Below, one piece after another: positions 53,620 through 64,000 of a DNA stretch of 64,000 bases. The notes beneath the pieces were generated by a model. The model was not told the origin of the DNA, ran no database searches, and saw only the letters and a program-made list of their open reading frames with translations. Position 1 is the first letter of the stretch. Every line of letters starts with the position of its first letter. A program made the translations under genes and the position numbers. This DNA comes from Acidobacteriota bacterium (GTDB taxonomy: Bacteria; Acidobacteriota; Blastocatellia; RBC074), in assembly GCA_016710075.1 (NCBI GenBank), contig JADJLO010000035.1:2532-66531 (forward strand), read 5' to 3'.

Positions 53620-55859
53620 GGCCAGGACTCTTGGGACTCCGTTGTAGCTAACTCCGTCGAAGTTGAGCGTCGCTGTTGTGGAATTCGCGTCGCACAGCGG
53701 CAGCCCTCGGCCAGGGCCGAGATGGCCTCGGCTCCGAGGTTGGCGGCGTGGCCGCTGCTGAACTTCACATATTCATCACCGATCAGGTAGTTGAAGTCGA
53801 TTGGGCATCCCCTGTCGTCAACCGCCACTGCAACCAGATACCCTGTCGTTCCCGGATCGATGTCCGATGCCAGGAAGGTGTAGGTCTGATTGGGCGTCAG
53901 GCATACATACATATCCGCCGCCGTGCACGAAACTCCGTCCACGAAGAAGAGGTGAACCGTGGCCCTGAGCACCGGATGAACATTTGTGATCGAAATCCGT
54001 GTGTTCTGTGCGTTGTAGTTCGCCGCATCGGAACTGTAGATGTTGTAGAAGAGGACCGATCCCGCCTTCTGATCGCTTGCCGGCGACTTGGCATCAGGAA
54101 TCACCCCTGTGCCGAGCGCCGGGCAGTTGACCGTCAGGCAGGCCACAACGCTTCCCGCAGGGCTGGCGCCAACCGTACCCGATGACGTGATGCACATCTG
54201 CGTGCCGGTTACGACCTGGTCGCCGATCTGCGCCTTGTACTTGATCGTCACCGTCTGGTTTCCGGCGAGTGTTCCCGACCAACTGACGGTCGAGCCATTG
54301 ACCACATTACAGGTCCCGACATTTGCCGAACACGTGCCCGGCACTGCGAGCAGGCCCGCCGGCAGCGAAGCCGTGAAAGTAGCCGATTGTGAAGAGTTCG
54401 CGCCGTTGGTCACTGTCGCCGTGACATCGACCGCGCCGCCGGGACCCGTGCATAGCGCAGGATCGGCGATGCTTGCCGTTACGCCGCTGACGGCTATGAC
54501 AAACGTCGCATCGGTCTGTGCCCCGCAATTGTCTGTCGCGCGAATGGTGATCGTGTGGCTGCCGGCAGGGCCGGCATTCGAAATCGTCACCACCCCAGCC
54601 GCATTGACAGCAACCGTCCCGGTGAAGGTCCCCTTGCTTTGGACGATGATGGTCGACACGCTGCCGTTGTCGCTCGGGCCTGTTGCCGGGTTGATCGTCG
54701 TCCCGCTGCCGGCGATGACGTTCTGCAGTGCGCCGTAGCTCAGCGTCGGGGCAGTGTTGGCCGATACCGTCACATTGAGCGTGGTTTCGGTGAAGTCTCC
54801 CAGGCTGTCGGTCACCCGCAGCGTGAAGCTCGCATTGGTCGCCGTGCACGTGGCCACGACATCAGCCGTCACCACACCAGCAGCGGATACAGCGATGTTT
54901 GACACTGTCACGCCGTTGACCGTGGCAGAAGTTCCTCCGTCGACCTTGACGCTCAGAGTTTCCTCAGCGTCCTCAAGGTCGTTGACGTTGGCTATGGTTG
55001 AGTTGGCCGACGGGCTGCCTTGCTGCCGGCTCGTCGCCACCGCTCCGATCGTCGGCGGCGTGTTGACCTTGAGCGAGAAGGTCTGCTGTGTCTCTGCCCC
55101 GCAGTTGTCCTTCACCGTCACCGTGATTGTGTAAGTTCCGGCCGGGGCCGCATTGCTGATCGTGATCGCGCCGGTCATCGTATTCCCGACCAGGCTGCCG
55201 GTGAACGTGTTGGGCGAGGCCGTCGCCGTCACCGAGGCGATCGTCCCGTTGTCGGCCGGCGCCGCCGACGGCGTCACCGTCGTCCCGCCGCCATTCGGCA
55301 CAGTCGTCGCGGCATAGGTCCCCACCGTCGGGGCCGTGTTCGCCGTCACCGTCACATTGAGCGTGGTTTCGGTGAAATCGCCCAGGCTGTCGGTCACCCG
55401 CAGCGTGAAGCTCGCATTGGTCGCCGTGCACGTGGCCACGACATCCGCCGTCACCACACCAGCGGCGGATACAGCGATGCTTGACACCGTCACGCCGTTA
55501 ACCGTGGCCGACGTCCCGCCGTTGACCGTAACGCTCAACGTATCCTCCGCCTGATCAACGTCGTTGACGTTGGCTATGGTTGAGTTGGCTGACGGGCTGC
55601 CCTGCTGCCGGCTCGTCGCAACCGCTCCGATCGTCGGCGGCGTGTTGACCTTGAGCGAAAACGTCTGCTGCGTCTCTGCCCCGCAGTTGTCCTTCACCGT
55701 CACCGTGATCGTGTAGTTGCCCGCCGGAGCGGCATTAGTGATAGTGATTGCTCCGGTCATCGTATTCCCGACCAGGCTGCCGGTGAACGTGTTGGGCGAG
55801 GCCGTCGCCGTCACCATCGCGATCGTCCCGTTGTCAGCCGGCGGCGCCGACGGCGTCAC
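53574..55859 (-). CDS. Giant surface protein, piece 5: tandem ~190-aa Ig-like repeats + C-terminal domain
   Basis: Two near-identical units APADNGTIA...[51 protein letters not shown]...TLNVTV(T/S)ANTAPT. Confidence 0.65.
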   Translation of the reverse strand: MTPSAPPADNGTIAMVTATASPNTFTGSLVGNTMTGAITITNAAPAGNYTITVTVKDNCGAETQQTFSLKVNTPPTIGAVATSRQQGSPSANSTIANVNDVDQAEDTLSVTVNGGTSATVNGVTVSSIAVSAAGVVTADVVATCTATNASFTLRVTDSLGDFTETTLNVTVTANTAPTVGTYAATTVPNGGGTTVTPSAAPADNGTIASVTATASPNTFTGSLVGNTMTGAITISNAAPAGTYTITVTVKDNCGAETQQTFSLKVNTPPTIGAVATSRQQGSPSANSTIANVNDLEDAEETLSVKVDGGTSATVNGVTVSNIAVSAAGVVTADVVATCTATNASFTLRVTDSLGDFTETTLNVTVSANTAPTLSYGALQNVIAGSGTTINPATGPSDNGSVSTIIVQSKGTFTGTVAVNAAGVVTISNAGPAGSHTITIRATDNCGAQTDATFVIAVSGVTASIADPALCTGPGGAVDVTATVTNGANSSQSATFTASLPAGLLAVPGTCSANVGTCNVVNGSTVSWSGTLAGNQTVTIKYKAQIGDQVVTGTQMCITSSGTVGASPAGSVVACLTVNCPALGTGVIPDAKSPASDQKAGSVLFYNIYSSDAANYNAQNTRISITNVHPVLRATVHLFFVDGVSCTAADMYVCLTPNQTYTFLASDIDPGTTGYLVAVAVDDRGCPIDFNYLIGDEYVKFSSGHAANLGAEAISALAEGCRCATRIPQQRRSTSTELATTESQESWPWTTSRQRATATTRC
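54716..55859. repeat. Tandem direct repeat, 2 x ~570 bp (>95% identical) inside the giant gene; a third, diverged unit upstream (~55860-56430)
   Basis: e.g. 54761-54920 vs 55341-55500 nearly identical. Confidence 0.8.
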
Positions 55860-58800
55860 CGTCGTCCGCCTCCCGTCAACAGGCTCGTCGCGGCATAGTT
55901 GCCGACCGTCGGAGCCGTGTTCGCCGTCACTCTGACCGTCAGGTAGCCCGTCGAGCTCGCCATGAAGATGTCGGTCACCGTCAACTCGACCGTGTTATCT
56001 CCGATCGCCGCGTTGCAGCCGGCCGCCACATCCGCCGTGATCGTCCCGTTCGTGTTGACGATGTTGGTCACCGTGATCCCCGCCGGCACTGTCGTTGCCG
56101 TGACGACCAGTGTTCCCGCCGACTGGTTCGCATCGTTAACCGTTGCGATCACCGGGTTGATCGCCGCCGATCCCTGCTGCCGATTGAGCGGTCCGCTTAC
56201 CATGATCTGCGGCGGCGGATTGAGGTTGGTCAAGGAGAAGTTGACTCCGCTCGCGGCACCGTTGGCCGAGGCCGCCACGTTGTACGGGCCTCCCACCGTG
56301 CCGTTGGCCGTGACCGTTCCGGTTGTCGCTGTGCCGCCCGCGATCGTCGCCGGATTGCCCGCGATCGCCGCGCTCGCCCCGCTTCCCGGAGGCGTGAAGG
56401 TTACCAACCCTCCATTGACCGGCTCGCTGAAGGACGAGGTCACATTCACCGAGAGCGGATTGGCGAAGGCCGTGTTGACGAACGTGCTCTGATTGTTGCC
56501 GCCATTGATCGCCAGCGAGAAGCCTCGCGACTCGAAGGCTCCGATGTCGGTGGCCCCCACACGGGCAATCCCGCGCTGGTCGGCCGCGGGCGCTCCGCTG
56601 CTTGTGCCCGCGTTGATCGCCGGGCTCCCGGGGAGCAGCGCGTGCGTCTGCGTCGGCCCTCCGTAATTGCCCAGCGGCGCAAGCAACGCAACTATCGGGT
56701 TGACTATTGTTCCGACGATGTCGCCGTTGACTCCATTGGTGAATCCGCTTGTGCCGTCGCTGTCCAAATTATTTCCCAGCGAACTCAAAATGAATTGGGG
56801 CAAGGCAATCTGGTCGACATTGGTTGCGAAATTGCCGCCGCCGTTATTGAAAACAAGTGTGTTTTTGAGAGTCGTGGTGACCCTCGCGTTCGGGTCGGTA
56901 TTTCCGCTGTCCGTCCAGACTGCGCCGAAAGGAGCAACCGAGGTGTTGTTCGTAATTGTGCAATTGATCAGGGCCAGGGTGCTCGTTGTGCGATAGTAGA
57001 GTAGATTGGCAATCCCACCTTGAGAGAGCTGACTGATATTCCCGCTGATGGTGCAATTGGTCAGGGTGGCGGTGGCATCCTGGATATTCACGCCGCTGGC
57101 CTGGAATGTCGTATTGTTTCCGCTCACCGTACTATTGGTCATAATCAACGGCGCGAAGCCTTGAAAAATGCCTCCGCCGTTATCTGCACGGTTCCCGCTG
57201 ATGGCGCAGCCAGTGATGGTCAGGGTGCCGGTGGAATAGACGCCGCCGCCAAAACCCGTGCCCGCATCGCCATTTGAAATCGTCAGGCCGTCCAGCGTGA
57301 CCGTCTTGCCGCTGTTGATCGTAAAGATTCGGAAAGCGGTCATGGAGTTGCGGCGGACATTCAGTTGATCCGCCCCCGGCCCGTCGATCGTCAGGTTCGG
57401 GTGATTCAGGTTGGGAAGCGCAGTCGCCAGGTTGATCGTCCCCGTGACGCTGAAATCGATCGTCAGCGGCGAGCAGGGCGGGATCGCGTTGGCCTCCATG
57501 ATCGCCGCCCGCAGTGTGCATTTGCCGGTCGCATCCGCGCAGATGGTGTCTCCCGGCGTCGCGTCCGGCGTATCGCCCAGGTCGTTCACGGTAAACAGAG
57601 TCGGACAGGCCAGGATCCTCACCGTAAACGGCACAGAGCCGCTCACGCAGCTAGTCGTGACATTGCGCACGGTCAGTGTGCCGTTGTAGGTCGCCGGCGA
57701 TGCCATCCCGGGCACCGTCAGGACGATTGGCGTCGAGGGCAGCGCCGCATTCGTCACATCCACGAAGCCAGCGGTATTGGCCGTCGCATCGTAGTCGATG
57801 CTGTATTGAGTCGGACTGCCGGTGGTCGCCGTGTACGGCAGGTTCGCGCTCGTTATTCCCGGCAGGACTGACGGGCTCGCTCCCAGCGTGATCGTCGGCA
57901 GCGGGTTGACCGTCACATTCTTGTTGAACGTCGTCGGACAACCAAATCCATCCGTCACTACCACCGTCAGCTTGACGGGACTAACTGTGCCGGCTGTCCA
58001 GGTGATCGAGGCGATATTCGTCGCGCTGGTGATCGTTCCGTTCTCGATCGCCCAGGCATAGCTCGCCCCCATCGTTGCCGTGATCGACGCCGGGTTGCCC
58101 GTCGATAAGGCGCAGACGGCATCCGGCGCCGTCAGCGTCCCGGCATAGGCGGTACAGCAGAGTTCGTATGCACCGATATCAGGAGTGTTGCCCTGCGGCC
58201 GCATCGTTCCGGTCTGATCCGTGGCGGGCGAGGTCCCGGAAGCCGCGTTGATCGCCGGGCTGTTGGCGAGCAGGGGCAGGACCGCAGGTTTGCACGTGCC
58301 CGCCGCACAATTGCTGAGCACGGCGAGCGCGCCGAGATTGGGATTGCTCGACAGAGTCGGGCTGCCGGATTCGGTCGCGCCGTTGATCGAGGTCTTCGCC
58401 ATCACCAGGTTGCCGTTGCTGAAGGTGACGGTCGCGGTGTTGGCCTGGGTGCCGTCGCGTTTGTCGTTGACCAGATCGTTCGTGCCGCCGCTCGTCGTCG
58501 CCAGGATTGAATTGCTGATGGTGGCGGTCGCGGTGGAAGCCGAGCCGTCCTCAATCTTGTTGCCGAAGGCCAGGTTGTACACCGCGCCGCCGTCGGCCTG
58601 TGCGCTGCTGCCGCCTGTTCCTGCCGTCACGGTGTTAGCCGCAAGGGTGGAACTGGTAATCGTGGCCGAGCCATTGAGGTTGAAGATCGCTCCGCCAAAA
58701 CCACTTCCGCCGTTCGCACCATTGCCGCCTTGCGCCGTATTGAGCGTCATTGTGGTGTTGATGATGGTGAGCGTGCCACGATGGTTGAAAATTGCCCCGC

Positions 58801-59133
58801 CCATCCCGCCGCCTCCTCCTCCGGAGTTGCCACCAGCGAAGCCACCGCCGCCGCCGACGCCGCCGTTGGATCTGAACCCGCCGCCGCCGCCGCCGAACCC
58901 GCCGCCACCGCCGTTGGAAGCGCCGATACCACCGCCGCCTGCGAACCCGCCGCCGCCCCCTGGAGGGCCTGCTGCTCCACCCCCACCGCCGACACCGCCA
59001 CCAGCTCCGCCACCACCGTTGGGCGCCCCGCCACCGAAACCGAACGCCCCCCCGGCCCCGCCGGCCCCGAAGTTGCCTCCGCTGCCTCCGCTGCCTCCGT
59101 CGCCTCCGTCACCAAAACCGGAGCCAAGTCCGC

Positions 59134-62229
<3,096 letters not shown>

Positions 62230-62345
62230 CGGAATTTCCGTTACGGGCGAATCCGCTGCCGTTTCCGCCGGGCAACGTTGTTTTCATGCGACCGGGTCAG
62301 ATTGTGCGCCCTCAGGCGGCGGTTGGGGTCTTGCCTGCCTTGGCA

Positions 62346-62558
62346 TCAAGTCGCGCCGCGCCCCATGCGCCCGTTGCGCCCGCCGCCGTTGGCCAGCGTC
62401 AGGTTTTGAATCGTGATCGTGCCGTTCTGAATCCAGAAGATGCGAGAGGCATTGCCGCCGCTGATCGTCAGGTTGGCCTGGCCGGGACCGTTGATCGTCA
62501 CGTCATCGGTGATCACCAGAAAATAGTTAGCCGGATTGACCGTGATCGTTCCGGTCAC
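62346..62558 (-). CDS. Giant surface protein, piece 2 (first beta-helix turns)
   Basis: ...SGSLRQAILDANANPGADIIDATGVTGTITVNPANYFLVITDDVTINGPGQANLTISGGNASRIFWIQNGTITIQNLTLANGG. Confidence 0.55.
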   Translation of the reverse strand: MTGTITVNPANYFLVITDDVTINGPGQANLTISGGNASRIFWIQNGTITIQNLTLANGGGRNGRMGRGAT

Positions 62559-62781
62559 TCCCGTGGCATCGATGATGTCGGCGCCCGGATTGGCATTGGC
62601 GTCGAGTATCGCCTGTCGCAGCGATCCGGAGCCGGAATCGTTTGGAGAAAGTCGCGATGCCCGCCATCCGGGCTGCCTTCACTCCCAGCCCGGTAAGGTG
62701 AATGGCGGCCAGACTCCCCAGCAAGCCAAGCGTTAAGAGAATAAGCTTCATCCGTTGTGTGTAGTTAAGATGGCGGCGCAT
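62527..62781 (-). CDS. Giant surface protein, piece 1: start and signal peptide
   Basis: MRRHLNYTQRMKLILLTLGLLGSLAAIHLTGLG; frameshift ~62650. Confidence 0.5.
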   Translation of the reverse strand: MRRHLNYTQRMKLILLTLGLLGSLAAIHLTGLGVKAARMAGIATFSKRFRLRIAATGDTRRQCQSGRRHHRCHGSDRNDHGQSG

Positions 62782-63027
62782 ATGGGTCTCCTGATTCGAC
62801 TCGCACAAGACACACTTGTGCTCTCGGCTTAGTCCCAGTGATTGCGGATCCTCCGTGTCAAACAAATGAAGCGGGGATGCAGCTTGATTTATGTTCACAT
62901 TTAACGCGAGATTCCAGGTCGATCTTCCAGTAAGTGCAGTAAGTGCAGTGAGGGGAATCTCGCAAGCGTCAGTGTACCGACATTTCCAATATCAGTCCAG
63001 ATAATTGCAGGAATTTCCAAATCCAGG

Positions 63028-63617
<590 letters not shown>

Positions 63618-63642
<25 letters not shown>

Positions 63643-64000
63643 TGCTCGAGGAAATAATCCTCATCGAGCTTCAACCCCGTCTCGTCAAACATCGGTTTGA
63701 GCACTTCATCGGTGGTTCCGGGATAGGTCGTTGATTCGAGTATCACCAGTTGACCCGGCTTGAGTGTTGCCTGAATCTTTTCAGAGGCAGAGAGGATGAA
63801 TGAAACGTCCGGATCTTTCGTCTTTCGAAGCGGAGTCGGCACACAGATGATGATGATGTCCTGATCTTTGAGCCCCGAAAAATCCGTTGTCGCACTGAGC
63901 TTTCCGGCCTTCACCAGCTCGGCCACATGCGCCGTCGGCACATCCGGAATATAGGATTCTCCGCGATTGATCGCATCGGCTTTCCTCTGATCGACTTCGA
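63618..64000 (-). CDS. Nucleotide-sugar dehydrogenase, central part; N-terminus beyond right edge of window
   Basis: ...DIIIICVPTPLRKTKDPDVSFILSASEKIQATLKPGQLVILESTTYPGTTDEV... (the 106-aa track ORF begins MPTAHVAELVKAGKL). Confidence 0.75.

Overview
64 kb chromosomal window, moderately to highly GC-rich, most likely from an Acidobacteria-like bacterium. The lineage guess rests on a TIGR03437 'Solibacter'-type domain, carboxypeptidase-regulatory-domain TonB receptors, many multiheme cytochromes and a selenoprotein; I cannot verify it without a database search.

Gene content, left to right:
- 1-2.6 kb: MarR-regulated efflux module (MarR, TolC-like outer membrane protein, HlyD adaptor running off the left edge).
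- 2.8-10.2 kb: Ada methyltransferase/regulator, GMC oxidoreductase, Yip1-like membrane protein, an orphan OppD/OppF-like pair of ABC ATPases, two small secreted proteins.
- 10.4-21.6 kb: a conspicuous cluster of c-type cytochromes. It holds a roughly 1,300-aa deca-heme cytochrome fused to an LVIVD beta-propeller, an adjacent outer-membrane beta-barrel, a secreted protein with two HbpS/GlcG-like heme-binding domains, two paralogous 9-heme cytochromes and a stand-alone receiver domain. I read this as a candidate porin-cytochrome extracellular electron-transfer conduit.
- 22-33.6 kb: DMT transporter, orphan beta-class DNA methyltransferase, radical-SAM/SPASM enzyme, GT28 lipid glycosyltransferase, SDR, M19 dipeptidase, esterase, NCS2 permease, GNAT.
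- 34.2-34.9 kb: a PrdB/GrdB-family selenoprotein with an in-frame TGA (U-x-x-C) and a SECIS-like hairpin 11 nt downstream.
- 35-37.5 kb: a GH63-like glycosidase.
- 37.3-53.3 kb: a roughly 15 kb block of higher GC content. It carries a CRTAC1-like esterase/FG-GAP protein, sulfatase, TonB receptor, TetR, MFS, SDR and CMD genes plus several gene fragments, and is bracketed by roughly 420-bp direct repeats.
- 53.2-62.8 kb: one giant gene of about 9.5 kb for a Gly-rich, Pmp/PbH1-like (GGAIFN-motif) surface protein, with about 570-bp tandem repeats and G/C homopolymer tracts.
- 63.0 kb to the right edge: a nucleotide-sugar dehydrogenase running off the window.

Intergenic regions carry a MITE-like inverted-repeat family, a TIR-flanked roughly 370-bp element, and hairpins built from tandem heptamers.

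Caveat: at least 20 genes are split by frameshifts. That density points to indel sequencing or assembly errors (long-read style) rather than real pseudogenes, so gene boundaries are approximate.
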